From an uncultured Eubacteriales bacterium (lineage in GTDB: Bacteria; Bacillota; Clostridia; Peptostreptococcales; Anaerovoracaceae), in NCBI GenBank assembly GCA_902776725.1, contig CACYQX010000002.1, forward strand, positions 34,400 through 98,399: a stretch of 64,000 nt of DNA, written 5' to 3'. This document shows, in pieces, positions 1-9,288 of the stretch. Position 1 is the stretch's first letter. Every line of letters starts with the position of its first letter. Under the pieces are notes generated by a model. It was given only the letters and a program-made list of their open reading frames with translations, did no database searches and was not told the origin of the DNA. Both the position numbers and the translations under genes were made by a program.

Positions 1-83
1 TCCCAGAATCTTTCGTAGAGTTCTTGATCAGAAAGGTTCGCGATATGCTTACGCCTTTCCTGAAAATCATCTTCTCTTATCAT
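1..83 (-). CDS. oraS: D-ornithine 4,5-aminomutase S subunit (5' part, runs off the window)
   Basis: Not in the ORF track. The reverse strand from ATG at 83 reads MIREDDFQERRKHIANLSDQELYERFW, matching the OraS N-terminus (..DDF..RR.HLANLSD.EL..RFW). It directly follows ortB. Confidence 0.88.
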   Translation of the reverse strand, partial: MIREDDFQERRKHIANLSDQELYERFW

Positions 84-99
84 GACTATCTCCTGTCAT

Positions 100-1515
100 T
101 TATAAACCTAAAGTTTCTTTGACAAAGTCTATATCTGTCTTTGTTTCAACTGCAAGGAATTCGAGGTCAGCGTCGGTGAGTCGCGTTACGTCGCCGCCCG
201 CGTGCTTCTCTACGGACTTCTTGATGAGCGACTGACGGAAGCGATCGAGGTCTGCATCCTGCACTCTGATGTAACTCGGATCCTTTGGAAGAATCACGTT
301 AACACCTGGAATGTCCTCTGCATCCGGATCTCCGAATCTTACGTCGATTCCGTTTTCTCTTGCAAAGGCGAGCTGCGGCTGAACGTGTTTTCCGGCGCCC
401 GTATATTCCGTTTCACTGATTACTATTACCGCATCTTCAGGAAGTTCCTGTGCGAGAGCAAATGCAGCAGCGAGCGCGGTGTTTCCGGCAGGTCCTCTCT
501 CGATTCCTTCGAGGTTTGCAAGAGCTTCGGTCATATACATTACGTCGCCCTGCTTTACCGTTACATAGCGGTCCATATACCTAAGCGGTCTTGCCGCACT
601 TCTCGGAACGTCGGAGTGATCCGGATCCGTAGCATATGGTACGCCGAATCCTGTATGTCCGGTTGTGCATGACTTCTTGTTGAACTGCGTGTCTGACGAC
701 ATCGAGAGTCCCGTAAGGTCAATCGATGCGGCAACAAGCGTCGTGTTTACCGCTCCCGCTTTGATGAGTCCTCTTGCGGTTCCAGTAATCATTCCGCCGC
801 CTGCGTTGGTGCAGACAACCATCTCAGGATCTTTTCCGATTACTTCTCTGCACTGCATCGCGATTTCGTAACCAAGGGTTTCGACACCCGCGATTCCAAA
901 CGGCGAATATAAAGATGCATTGAAGTAACCCGTATCCTCGAGTACCGAGAGGAATGTGTAGAAAAGCTCCGGTCCAACGGTTAGTTGAATTACTTCCGCT
1001 CCGTAGGCTTCGCATTTACGAGCCTTCTCTACGATTTCCGGTTGTCCAACTCCGTGCGAATCGTAGCATTCCTGAACGATGATGCATTTAAGCCCTTGCA
1101 TTGCTGCCTGCGACGCAACAGCTGCGCCGTAGTTTCCGGATGTCGCGGCGATTACGCCTTTATATCCGAGCTTCTTTGCGTGTGCAACTGCGCATGCCGC
1201 GCGGCGTGCCTTGAAGGAACCGGAAGCGTTTGCGGCTTCGTCCTTTGCAAAGATGCGAGCGCCGTAGCCAGGCTTTGCATATCTTCTTGAAAGTGCGGAG
1301 AGGTTTCTAAGTTCGATGAGCGGGGTGCTTCCTACAGCAGTTCTTCCCTGAATCTTTGAAACTTCTTCGAGAGTATATCCGGTCGATTTCATGAGCGCCT
1401 CATAATCAAAGGCAACCGAACCGGATTCAAAATCATTGTAGTCGAGACCAAGTGCGGTCTTCATAATTTCGTTTGATCTTCCCATCACGGAATCATAGTC
1501 TTTTGCGAGTGCCAT
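100..1515 (-). CDS. ortB: 2-amino-4-oxopentanoate thiolase beta subunit (PLP fold type II)
   Basis: SGSFKARRA PLP-lysine motif, ATSGNYG and AGGG motifs; 471 aa; translationally coupled to ortA. Confidence 0.93.
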   Translation of the reverse strand: MALAKDYDSVMGRSNEIMKTALGLDYNDFESGSVAFDYEALMKSTGYTLEEVSKIQGRTAVGSTPLIELRNLSALSRRYAKPGYGARIFAKDEAANASGSFKARRAACAVAHAKKLGYKGVIAATSGNYGAAVASQAAMQGLKCIIVQECYDSHGVGQPEIVEKARKCEAYGAEVIQLTVGPELFYTFLSVLEDTGYFNASLYSPFGIAGVETLGYEIAMQCREVIGKDPEMVVCTNAGGGMITGTARGLIKAGAVNTTLVAASIDLTGLSMSSDTQFNKKSCTTGHTGFGVPYATDPDHSDVPRSAARPLRYMDRYVTVKQGDVMYMTEALANLEGIERGPAGNTALAAAFALAQELPEDAVIVISETEYTGAGKHVQPQLAFARENGIDVRFGDPDAEDIPGVNVILPKDPSYIRVQDADLDRFRQSLIKKSVEKHAGGDVTRLTDADLEFLAVETKTDIDFVKETLGL

Positions 1516-1811
1516 TATTTCTCACCTCCCATGATTTCGCGAAGCTGCTTGTCTATCTGAACGAGCTCGGGAACAAATTTGCCGTAGCTATGCGTGTAAT
1601 ACGGATTCACTTCTATGAGCGTGCCTTTTTCTATGCGGCCGACCGCGGTTTCAACTTCGACTTCATCGCCTATCTCCGCGTCGCCAAGGAGGAATCCTTT
1701 GGTCCACATCTCAAGGTCGCAGGCCTTGGTGTCTTCGGGAATTTTTCCCGTGCGCTCTTCGGCTTTGAGGACCACGGTATGAATGCGGACCCAATCACCT
1801 TTTTTAGCCAT
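1515..1811 (-). CDS. ortA: 2-amino-4-oxopentanoate thiolase alpha subunit
   Basis: MAKKGDWVRIH...P.DT...LEMW.KG...NPYYTHSYG signature; lies between ord and ortB. Confidence 0.93.
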   Translation of the reverse strand: MAKKGDWVRIHTVVLKAEERTGKIPEDTKACDLEMWTKGFLLGDAEIGDEVEVETAVGRIEKGTLIEVNPYYTHSYGKFVPELVQIDKQLREIMGGEK

Positions 1812-1827
1812 TATGTATCTCCTTTAA

Positions 1828-2886
1828 TTACTTAACGATCTTCTTTTCCGGTTTGATGCGATCGCGAACGTCGCCCATAAGTGCTCTTGGAAGCGGAAGG
1901 TCGATCATAGTTACGAGACCTGCATCTGCGTTGATAACCTGTGGAATCATGTTTACGCACATAGCGATTGTTCCAAGTCCGCCTTCTACTTCTGGGCTGT
2001 TAAGCATGTTGACGGACGGTGTTCCTTTGATGATTACATAGTCGCCCGTTGTAACGCCAACCTGCTCTGGTTCGATCTGCTGTGGGTGATCCATATGAAC
2101 TTTCATTCCGTTTGAAAGAACTGCTTCTGCTGTCATTGCGACGCCTGCGCAAGAGCCTGCTGCTGCAAATCCATAAGGACTCTTTCTATCAACATCTGTT
2201 GTGATCGGGTTCATATCCTGGGAGAATTCGCTTACGGTGAGGCCGAGACCCTCTGCCATCATGCCAACGGATTCAGCAAATCCAACGTGACCGCTCATTG
2301 TTCCTTCAGCTTTTCTCTTCTGGAATTCTTCTACGCTGATGCCAATTCCCTGCTCTTCCATTACTACAGGACCAAACGGTGAAAGAGAGTTAACTCTTCT
2401 TGATGTGATTTCTTCTACATCTACCATACAGCCTGTCATCATGAGCACGAGTGAATCCATGATGTGACCCGGGTTGATTCCTGTTCCGAGAACAGTTACG
2501 CCGTTAGCCTTGGCGATTTCGTCAAGCTCTTTGGCAAGGTCGGGATTCTGAGCTGCAGGATATGCCATTTCTTCAGCGGATGTGATCACGTTGATTCCCT
2601 GCTCAAGGATGAACTTCATTCTTGGGAATGCGTTCTTGGTGAAAGAATCAGTGCAGAGAAGAACGATGTCTGCCGCACCCGGTTTGATTATGTCTTCGGC
2701 CGCCTGAATGATAACGTCAGGACGGTCGCCTCTCTCTGTCTTGATGTAGTCGTACATCGAGGTTCCAATCTTGGCGCCGCGTCCGGCAACTCCAACGATC
2801 TCAATACCCTTCTTCTTCAGAATCATGTCGGCCATTCCGCCACCCATAGCTCCGAGTCCCCAAATGATTACTTTTACGTTTTCCAT
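1828..2886 (-). CDS. ord: 2,4-diaminopentanoate dehydrogenase
   Basis: Rossmann motif IIWGLGAMGGG, GTGINPG and GHVGF motifs. Start placed at ATG 2886 (MENVKV) behind an AAGGAG RBS. Confidence 0.92.
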   Translation of the reverse strand: MENVKVIIWGLGAMGGGMADMILKKKGIEIVGVAGRGAKIGTSMYDYIKTERGDRPDVIIQAAEDIIKPGAADIVLLCTDSFTKNAFPRMKFILEQGINVITSAEEMAYPAAQNPDLAKELDEIAKANGVTVLGTGINPGHIMDSLVLMMTGCMVDVEEITSRRVNSLSPFGPVVMEEQGIGISVEEFQKRKAEGTMSGHVGFAESVGMMAEGLGLTVSEFSQDMNPITTDVDRKSPYGFAAAGSCAGVAMTAEAVLSNGMKVHMDHPQQIEPEQVGVTTGDYVIIKGTPSVNMLNSPEVEGGLGTIAMCVNMIPQVINADAGLVTMIDLPLPRALMGDVRDRIKPEKKIVK

Positions 2887-2932
2887 GTTTCGCTCCTTTG
2901 TAAAACGAGATTTAATTTCCGAATTATATATA

Positions 2933-2948
2933 TGCAAGGTGCGTGCCA
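2933..2948 (-). promoter_or_regulatory. sigma-54 (-24/-12) promoter of the ord-ort-ora operon
   Basis: The minus strand reads TGGCAC-GCACC-TTGCA, the exact TGGCAC-N5-TTGCA consensus, ~47 nt upstream of the ord start and next to a sigma-54 activator gene. Confidence 0.92.
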
Positions 2949-3034
2949 AAATATTCTTCGAGCAAAGCTGGGATTAAAATGGCTAATTTTAGCCATTTTC
3001 GGCACTCCGTTTAGGGGGTATTTCCCTGCATAAC

Positions 3035-3176
3035 GCAAATATTTTTGCATATTTACAGCAAAATTATTTGCATATATTGGTTTTGGCTGTTTTTCATATA
3101 TTCGTGCCCTTTCAAAAGCATAGTTATAGTGTTTTTCTCCGCCGAAAGCGCTAAATGTTGATGCAAAAAAATTTGC
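3035..3176. promoter_or_regulatory. three GCAAA-N4-TTTGC palindromes, likely enhancer/operator sites of the RocR-like activator
   Basis: GCAAATATTTTTGC 3035-3048, GCAAAATTATTTGC 3058-3071 and GCAAAAAAATTTGC 3163-3176. The third overlaps the -35 of a TTGCTC-17-TAAAAT promoter (3173-3201) for the activator gene. Confidence 0.72.
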
Positions 3177-3223
3177 TCTTGCCACTTCTTTGTTGTAAAA
3201 TTAGGGTATTCTAGGAGGAAGAA

Positions 3224-4624
3224 ATGGAAAATTTGGATTATAAGGTTCTTTTGGATGAGCTTCTTAAGCTGCTCTCTGAGGGCGTCTATATCGTCGACGA
3301 AGACGGCATCGGCATCGCCTACAACCAGGCGATGGCGGATATCGAGAAAATCAGCGTGGACGATGTAGTGGGAAAAGAATATAGCAAGGCCTTTCCCGGC
3401 GTTCCCCCGACAGAGAGCACCATGTTCCGAGCGCTTAAAAAGGGCGAGGCGACGAGCAGCCAGGAACAAACCTATCTAAACCTCTACGGAAAAGAGGTTA
3501 CCACCATCAACCGCACGACACCCGTAAAGATAGACGGAAAAACCGTCGCCGCAATCGAGGTCGCATCCGACATCACCGTGCTCAGAGATATGAGCGATAC
3601 GATTCAGGATCTCAGGAGCCGCGCTACGGATTCCCCTTCTCGCGAAAAAACTTCCGCGGGGTTAAAGAAATATACATTTGCAAATCTTGTCGGCGAGAAT
3701 CCTGCGTTCAAGACCGTAGTGGAAAAAGCAAAGAAGGCAGCCGAGAGCAAGGCCTCTGTTTTCATCTACGGAGAAACAGGAACCGGTAAAGAACTCTTTG
3801 CCCAGAGCATTCACTACGCGAGCGATCGTCGCGACAAACCTTTTATCGCACAGAACTGCGCGGCACTTCCGCAGTCGCTCCTCGAAGGCATTCTCTTTGG
3901 TACATCAAAGGGCGGATTCACCGGCGCCGTAGATCGCGCGGGACTTTTTGAGCAAGCGAGTGGAGGAACTCTTCTTCTCGACGAAGTGAGCGCGATGCCT
4001 TATGAACTTCAGAGCAAACTCCTCCGCGTTCTTCAAGAGGATTATCTGAGAAGGGTAGGCGGCACCCACGATATCCCGGTCGACACGCGAATCATCGCAA
4101 CGGTTAACGAAGATCCTCTTAAACTTATTCAAGAGGGCAAACTGCGTAAGGACCTTTATTACAGATTGAACGTCGTTAACATTTCCATTCCGCCTCTTCG
4201 CGAAAGAAAGGACGATATACCGCTTCTCGTCAGTCGCTTTTTGTCGGAAAACAATCTCAGGTTCAAAAAAGAAATTTGGATGGCGAGCGACGATGCGCTC
4301 CGCACGCTTTCCGGTTACGATTATCCCGGAAACGTCAGAGAGCTTGAAAACATTATCATCCAGGCCGCGGCGCTTGCCGGAGACGAGCACGTTCTTTCAG
4401 AGGATCTTTTGCAGATGCCTATTCTCGCAGAAGTTTCGCGTCAGGATATCGAAGGTTGGAACACAAAAGATTCCCTTCCGGATTATCTCGAAAAACTCGA
4501 GAAGGAGCTTCTGCGCGAAACTCTTCTCCGCGAGGGTTGGAATATAACAAAGGCCGCAGACGCGCTCGGAATAAAGAGACAGACGCTTCAGCACAAGATG
4601 CGTAAATTCGGATTCAAGGAGTAG
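3224..4624 (+). CDS. sigma-54-dependent transcriptional activator (PAS + AAA+ + Fis-type HTH), RocR-like
   Basis: GETGTGKELFA Walker A, GGFTGA loop, LLLDEV Walker B, YPGNVRELEN and a C-terminal HTH; divergent from ord. Confidence 0.92.
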   Translation: MENLDYKVLLDELLKLLSEGVYIVDEDGIGIAYNQAMADIEKISVDDVVGKEYSKAFPGVPPTESTMFRALKKGEATSSQEQTYLNLYGKEVTTINRTTPVKIDGKTVAAIEVASDITVLRDMSDTIQDLRSRATDSPSREKTSAGLKKYTFANLVGENPAFKTVVEKAKKAAESKASVFIYGETGTGKELFAQSIHYASDRRDKPFIAQNCAALPQSLLEGILFGTSKGGFTGAVDRAGLFEQASGGTLLLDEVSAMPYELQSKLLRVLQEDYLRRVGGTHDIPVDTRIIATVNEDPLKLIQEGKLRKDLYYRLNVVNISIPPLRERKDDIPLLVSRFLSENNLRFKKEIWMASDDALRTLSGYDYPGNVRELENIIIQAAALAGDEHVLSEDLLQMPILAEVSRQDIEGWNTKDSLPDYLEKLEKELLRETLLREGWNITKAADALGIKRQTLQHKMRKFGFKE

Positions 4625-4627
4625 GGC

Positions 4628-5110
4628 ATGAATATAAATATTGTCTGCATCGGAAAATTAAAAGAAGCATATTGGCGCGACGCATGCAGCGAGTATATAA
4701 AAAGACTCGGTGCATATTGCAGCGTAGATATAATCGAACTCAAGGAAACAAAACTCGTCGGCGAAGGCACCAAGGCAGAACTCGCCGTAATTGAATCAGA
4801 GGGAAGGGACATTCTTTCAAAGCTCGACAGCGCGAGCGATGCCTATATAATCGCGCTCGACGTAAAAGGGAAGAAGCTTTCTTCGGAGGGACTTGCCGAA
4901 AAGATCGACGCTCTCGCTCTCGAAGGAAAGAGCAATATCTATTTCATCATCGGCGGAAGCCTCGGTCTCTCGAGCGACGTTCTAAAGCGCGCGGATTATA
5001 GACTTTCTTTTTCGGATATGACATTCCCGCATCAGATGATGCGCGTAATTCTTCTGGAGCAAATCTATCGCGCATTTAAAATCAACAGAGGAGAAACCTA
5101 TCATAAGTAA
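4628..5110 (+). CDS. rlmH: 23S rRNA (pseudouridine1915-N3)-methyltransferase
   Basis: IVCIGKLKE, FIIGGSLGL and FSDMTFPHQMMRVILLEQIYRA...YHK motifs. Confidence 0.97.
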   Translation: MNINIVCIGKLKEAYWRDACSEYIKRLGAYCSVDIIELKETKLVGEGTKAELAVIESEGRDILSKLDSASDAYIIALDVKGKKLSSEGLAEKIDALALEGKSNIYFIIGGSLGLSSDVLKRADYRLSFSDMTFPHQMMRVILLEQIYRAFKINRGETYHK

Positions 5111-5281
5111 AGCGGCTCGCGTCCACCTATTGTGTTTGTAAATCCGAAGAGCACTATATTTTGAAACTTTCTAAAGATTATCTTAAAAAACCCTTTAAAT
5201 TGTTGAAATTAAAGGGTTTTTCTGTTATTATCCTTTTCCCAACCATAATAATTGGAAGGGAATATTTTTAGGGGATCAGAG

Positions 5282-6718
5282 ATGAACACAGGGGAAAGAG
5301 ATAACAAGAGAGTATTTCATATTTTTATTTGTATTGTCCTTGCGATATTGGCGTTGCTTGCGGCATTTTTTGTTGCCGGAATTTGCACCGCACGCGCAGA
5401 GATTTCCCTTCGCGATCCCTCTAACATCACAGCCGAATACGGTTCCGATTGGGTCGATCCCGGCGCAGACGGAATATATAAATTCCCCTTGGTTTCGCTC
5501 CTTAGCAGCAATCCTGAAGTAACCGTCTCCGGCGAGATTGATACGAACAAACTCGGAGAGCAGACTATTACATATTCCTTTAATCATTTCGGAAAGCACG
5601 CAGAGGAAACGAGAAGCGTAACCGTATCCGATACCTCGGGTCCCGTAATTACTCTCACGACAAACCCGGATTATTATACAAAGCCAAACGAAGAATATGT
5701 CGAAGAAGGATTCACCGCAATCGATCTCCACGACGGCGATGTCACTTCTGCCGTCACCCGAACGGTCGAGAAAGACAAAGTGATTTACAGCGCTACGGAT
5801 TCTTTCGGAAACACGACGACGGTAGAGCGCGAGATCCCCTACGACGACAGGGTCGCTCCGGAAATCGTTCTTAACGGAGGAGGGGAAATCACATGGCTTA
5901 TCGCAAGTCCCTTTAAGGATTCTTTTACCGCAACGGACGATGTCGATGGCGATATCACGAGCAAGGTCAAAGTCACGGGCGAGGTAGACATCTATACGCT
6001 CGGCGATTATAAATTGGTTTACGAGGTTTCCGATTCTTATAACAACACGACAAAAGTAGAGCGCCTCGTTCGCGTCGTTTCAAAAAACGACGGCACCGAT
6101 CGCTTTGTCTATCTTACGTTTGACGACGGGCCATATAAGTATACGGAGAAGCTTCTCGACATCTTTGATAAATACAATGTCAAAGCAACGTTCTTTGTAA
6201 CCGCGTGGTACGGTTTTCCGGAGTTGATAGGCGAAGAGTTCCGCCGCGGTCACAGCGTCGGCGTTCACACCTATAACCACAGATACGATGAGATATATTC
6301 GAGCGACGCCGCCTTCTGGGAGGATTTTGAAAAGGTTCAGGCACTCATAGAAGAGCAGACGGGCGAACGCACCAAGATTATGCGTTTTCCGGGTGGTTCA
6401 TCAAACGAAATCTCAATCGAATACAACAAGGGTATCATGACGCGTCTCGTCCAGCAGGTCGAAGAAAAGGGTTATACCTATTTCGATTGGAATGTTTCTT
6501 CCGGTGACGCCGGCGAAACAACTGACAGCAACGAAGTCGCGCAGAATATCATCGACGGAATCGAGGGAAGAACCAATTCCGTAGTCCTCTGCCACGACGT
6601 AAAAGAGTGGACTCTGGACGCAATGGAGATTGTAATTAAATACTGCCTGCAAAACGGATACACGCTGCTCCCTCTTACCGAGAACAGCCCGACCGTTCAT
6701 CACGGAATCAATAACTAA
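5282..6718 (+). CDS. membrane-anchored polysaccharide/peptidoglycan deacetylase (CE4) with three Ig-like (DUF5011-type) repeats
   Basis: N-terminal TM helix; repeated P.I.L...A.D..DGD.T Ig units; TFDDGP, HTYNH, RFPGG, DWNV and LCHD CE4 motifs. Alternative start TTG 5252. Confidence 0.88.
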   Translation: MNTGERDNKRVFHIFICIVLAILALLAAFFVAGICTARAEISLRDPSNITAEYGSDWVDPGADGIYKFPLVSLLSSNPEVTVSGEIDTNKLGEQTITYSFNHFGKHAEETRSVTVSDTSGPVITLTTNPDYYTKPNEEYVEEGFTAIDLHDGDVTSAVTRTVEKDKVIYSATDSFGNTTTVEREIPYDDRVAPEIVLNGGGEITWLIASPFKDSFTATDDVDGDITSKVKVTGEVDIYTLGDYKLVYEVSDSYNNTTKVERLVRVVSKNDGTDRFVYLTFDDGPYKYTEKLLDIFDKYNVKATFFVTAWYGFPELIGEEFRRGHSVGVHTYNHRYDEIYSSDAAFWEDFEKVQALIEEQTGERTKIMRFPGGSSNEISIEYNKGIMTRLVQQVEEKGYTYFDWNVSSGDAGETTDSNEVAQNIIDGIEGRTNSVVLCHDVKEWTLDAMEIVIKYCLQNGYTLLPLTENSPTVHHGINN

Positions 6719-6759
6719 ATAATTGTGAAATCGTAAGTCTTCCACGAGCGATTGCAACG

Positions 6760-6793
6760 AAAAAGACGGAGGCCAAAAGCCTCCGTCTTATTT
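6760..6793. terminator. bidirectional intrinsic terminator
   Basis: AAGACGGAGGC-caaaa-GCCTCCGTCTT hairpin between the convergent deacetylase gene and rpsR. Confidence 0.85.
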
Positions 6794-6794
6794 A

Positions 6795-7037
6795 TTACTC
6801 TGCTACGTATGGAAGCAGTGCCACGATTCTTGCTCTCTTAACAGCTGTTGTGATATCACGCTGGTGGATTGCGCAAGTTCCGGTTACTCTTCTCGGAAGA
6901 AGCTTACCTCTTTCGGTAATGAACTTCTTAAGAAGATCGGTATCCTTATAATCTATCGTGGCATTCTTTTCTGCACAGAACTGACAAACTTTCTTTCTGC
7001 GCATTCCGCCGCTTGCCGGGCGTCTTTTCTCTGCCAT
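6795..7037 (-). CDS. rpsR: 30S ribosomal protein S18
   Basis: RRKKVCQFC...IDYKD...ERGK.LPRR.TG.CA.HQR; Zn-binding C+ form. Confidence 0.98.
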   Translation of the reverse strand: MAEKRRPASGGMRRKKVCQFCAEKNATIDYKDTDLLKKFITERGKLLPRRVTGTCAIHQRDITTAVKRARIVALLPYVAE

Positions 7038-7078
7038 ATCATTTCTCCTCTCAAAACGATTGAGGCCTTCCTAACTTT

Positions 7079-7519
7079 TTAGAAAGGAATGTCCTCGTTG
7101 ATTGCAAGGAAGGAATCCGGCATCTCTGCCTCGAGATCTTCCCCGCTCTGAACTTCCGGTGCCTGACTGAAACTTCCGGATCCCGCCGACTGCTGCGGAC
7201 GATCTCCCCATTCGAGGAATTCCACTCTGTCGGCAATGACATCTGTAGTATAGACAGTCTTTCCGTCCTTGTCCTGATAGGAACCCGTCTGGATTCTTCC
7301 CTGGACGCAGACCATTTTGCCCTTTGACAGATACTTCTCGCAGTTCTCGGCCTGCTTGCCAAATACGGTTACGCGCGGAAAGTCAGCTTTCTTTTCTTCG
7401 CCCTGTCTTGTAGGACGATCGATTGCCAAACTGAATTTTGCGATAGCCATCTGTGAACCGTTTGTATATCTGAGTTCAGGATCTCTTGTAAGTCTTCCAA
7501 TAAGTATAACGCTATTCAC
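7079..7519 (-). CDS. ssb: single-stranded DNA-binding protein
   Basis: MNSVILIGRLTRDPELRY and a C-terminal DIPF tail; GTG start. Confidence 0.98.
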   Translation of the reverse strand: MNSVILIGRLTRDPELRYTNGSQMAIAKFSLAIDRPTRQGEEKKADFPRVTVFGKQAENCEKYLSKGKMVCVQGRIQTGSYQDKDGKTVYTTDVIADRVEFLEWGDRPQQSAGSGSFSQAPEVQSGEDLEAEMPDSFLAINEDIPF

Positions 7520-7535
7520 TGTCTACACCTCTTTC

Positions 7536-7823
7536 TTACTCAGCATCTTTATTGATGATGATGTGTCTAATGAAGTCGTCAGAAATCTTAAGTCTTCTGT
7601 CTAGCTCCTGCGGTAATGTCGGTTCAGCCTTGAACTCGATTACTGCATAGTAGCCATCGTTCTGCTTCTGGATCGGGTAAGCGAGCTTTCTCATGCCCCA
7701 AACGTCTACGTTTACTACTTCACCCTCTGAAGAAATAACCTCTTTTACTCTTTCGACTGCGGCTTCTTTCTTCTCATCCTCCAGAGTAGGATCAATGACG
7801 AACATGACTTCGTAATTAATCAT
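7536..7823 (-). CDS. rpsF: 30S ribosomal protein S6
   Basis: YEVMFVIDP...WGMRKLAYPI; start ATG 7823 behind GGAGGTG. Confidence 0.97.
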   Translation of the reverse strand: MINYEVMFVIDPTLEDEKKEAAVERVKEVISSEGEVVNVDVWGMRKLAYPIQKQNDGYYAVIEFKAEPTLPQELDRRLKISDDFIRHIIINKDAE

Positions 7824-7828
7824 TGTTT

Positions 7829-7875
7829 CACCTCCCTTTGGACTATCGGCGCTGTTTCTCACAGCGCAGAGATTT
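7829..7875 (-). promoter_or_regulatory. S6:S18 autoregulatory leader RNA
   Basis: The mRNA reads CUCU-GCGCUGU-gagaa-ACAGCGC-CG-auag-UCCAA-AGGGAG. The outer stem sequesters the RBS, as in the Firmicute rpsF leader. A TTGCAT-17-CATAAT promoter lies at 7889-7917. Confidence 0.75.
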
Positions 7876-8081
7876 AACGTGCTCCACTATTATGCCCTAA
7901 AGGTATTGAAAATGCAAGTAAAAAAGCCCCGAAAAACAGCCTTTTTAAGCGCCGAATCGACATTTTGGAGAGCAATTGCCCTTTGACCCCAAAATATGCT
8001 CGGAGAGGGGCGTTTTGTTTGCTAGAAATGGCCGTAAATGGTAAGATTAAGAGGTAACGAAGCGCATTTGGAGGTATCAAA

Positions 8082-9029
8082 ATGACCAATAATATAACAA
8101 AGCCGACCCTCGTCGTCATGGCGGCAGGCATGGGCAGTCGCTACGGCGGTCTCAAGCAGATCGACCCCGTAACTGACCAGGGAGAAATAATACTGGACTT
8201 CTCGCTCTACGATGCGATGCTCGCAGGTTTTGAGGATGTCGTCTTTATAATCAAGAAGGAAAACGAGGACGCTTTCCGCGCTCTGATCGATGATCGCGCA
8301 GGAAAGAGGCTCAACGTCCACTATGCGTTCCAGGACCTAAACGATATTCCCGATGGCTATAGCGTTCCCGAAGGAAGGGAAAAGCCTTGGGGTACGGGAC
8401 ATGCGGTTCTTTCCGCAAGAAAGATTGTGGATGGTCCCTTTGCCGTAATCAACGCCGATGATTATTATGGAAGCACCGCGTTTCAGGAGATGTACGATTT
8501 CTTGAGCGGCGAATACTCTTCGGTCGATGCTTCTAGCGCTGCGCAGTACGCGATGGTTGCATTCAGACTAGCAAATACTCTTTCCGAGAGCGGTCACGTC
8601 GCACGTGGCGTATGCCAAGTTTCTGACGACGGAAAACTCCTCGACATCCACGAGCGCACCATGATTCAAAAACTTGATTCCGAGGCGGGCGCAATCGGTT
8701 ATTCCGAGGACGGCGGAGATACGTGGACGCTACTCTCGGAAGATACTCCCGTATCAATGAACTTCTGGGGTTTTACGCACGGCTTCATGAAGGAGCTCGA
8801 GAATCGCTTCCCCGCATTCCTCGATACGGTTCCCTCCAATCCGCTAAAGGCGGAATATTTCCTCCCCGGCGTCGTCGACGAACTCCTAAAGGAGGGAAGG
8901 GCGGAAGTCAAAGTTCTTCGCTCCTCTGACAAATGGTACGGGGTAACCTACAAAGAAGACAAAGAGAGCGTCTTTGACGCCCTCCGTTCCATGAAAGATA
9001 AAGGCCTCTATCCGGAAGTTCTCTGGTAG
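8082..9029 (+). CDS. sugar-phosphate nucleotidyltransferase family protein
   Basis: VVMAAGMGSRYGGLKQ, KPWGTGHA and VINADDYYG motifs; substrate unknown. Confidence 0.85.
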   Translation: MTNNITKPTLVVMAAGMGSRYGGLKQIDPVTDQGEIILDFSLYDAMLAGFEDVVFIIKKENEDAFRALIDDRAGKRLNVHYAFQDLNDIPDGYSVPEGREKPWGTGHAVLSARKIVDGPFAVINADDYYGSTAFQEMYDFLSGEYSSVDASSAAQYAMVAFRLANTLSESGHVARGVCQVSDDGKLLDIHERTMIQKLDSEAGAIGYSEDGGDTWTLLSEDTPVSMNFWGFTHGFMKELENRFPAFLDTVPSNPLKAEYFLPGVVDELLKEGRAEVKVLRSSDKWYGVTYKEDKESVFDALRSMKDKGLYPEVLW

Positions 9030-9037
9030 AAAAAAAC

Positions 9038-9075
9038 AAAAAGCGCCGTACCCCCCAGCGGGTGCGGCGCTTCTT
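9038..9075. terminator. bidirectional intrinsic terminator
   Basis: AAGCGCCGTACC...GGTGCGGCGCTT hairpin between convergent genes. Confidence 0.8.
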
Positions 9076-9081
9076 ATTGCA

Positions 9082-9243
9082 TTATTCAACTTCTCCGAAA
9101 ACCTCTTTTCCGAGCCCGCAAAGTGGGCAAACCCAATCTTCCGGAAGATCTTCAAAAGCGGTTCCCGCAGCGATGCCGTTATCCGGATCGCCTACTTCCG
9201 GATCATAAACATATCCGCAAGCTGAACATTCATATTTTTTCAT
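9082..9243 (-). CDS. rubredoxin
   Basis: [15 protein letters not shown]...[14 protein letters not shown] with two CxxCG motifs; 53 aa; GGAGG RBS. Confidence 0.97.
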   Translation of the reverse strand: MKKYECSACGYVYDPEVGDPDNGIAAGTAFEDLPEDWVCPLCGLGKEVFGEVE

Positions 9244-9288
9244 GTCGTTTCCTCCATAAGTTTCAATAATAATTATCTTGCTGCTCTT

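Noticed and set aside
3185-3210. GGGTAT upstream of the activator as a second SigB promoter
   Set aside because: No GTTT -35 element at the right spacing; a sigma-A-type promoter explains the region.
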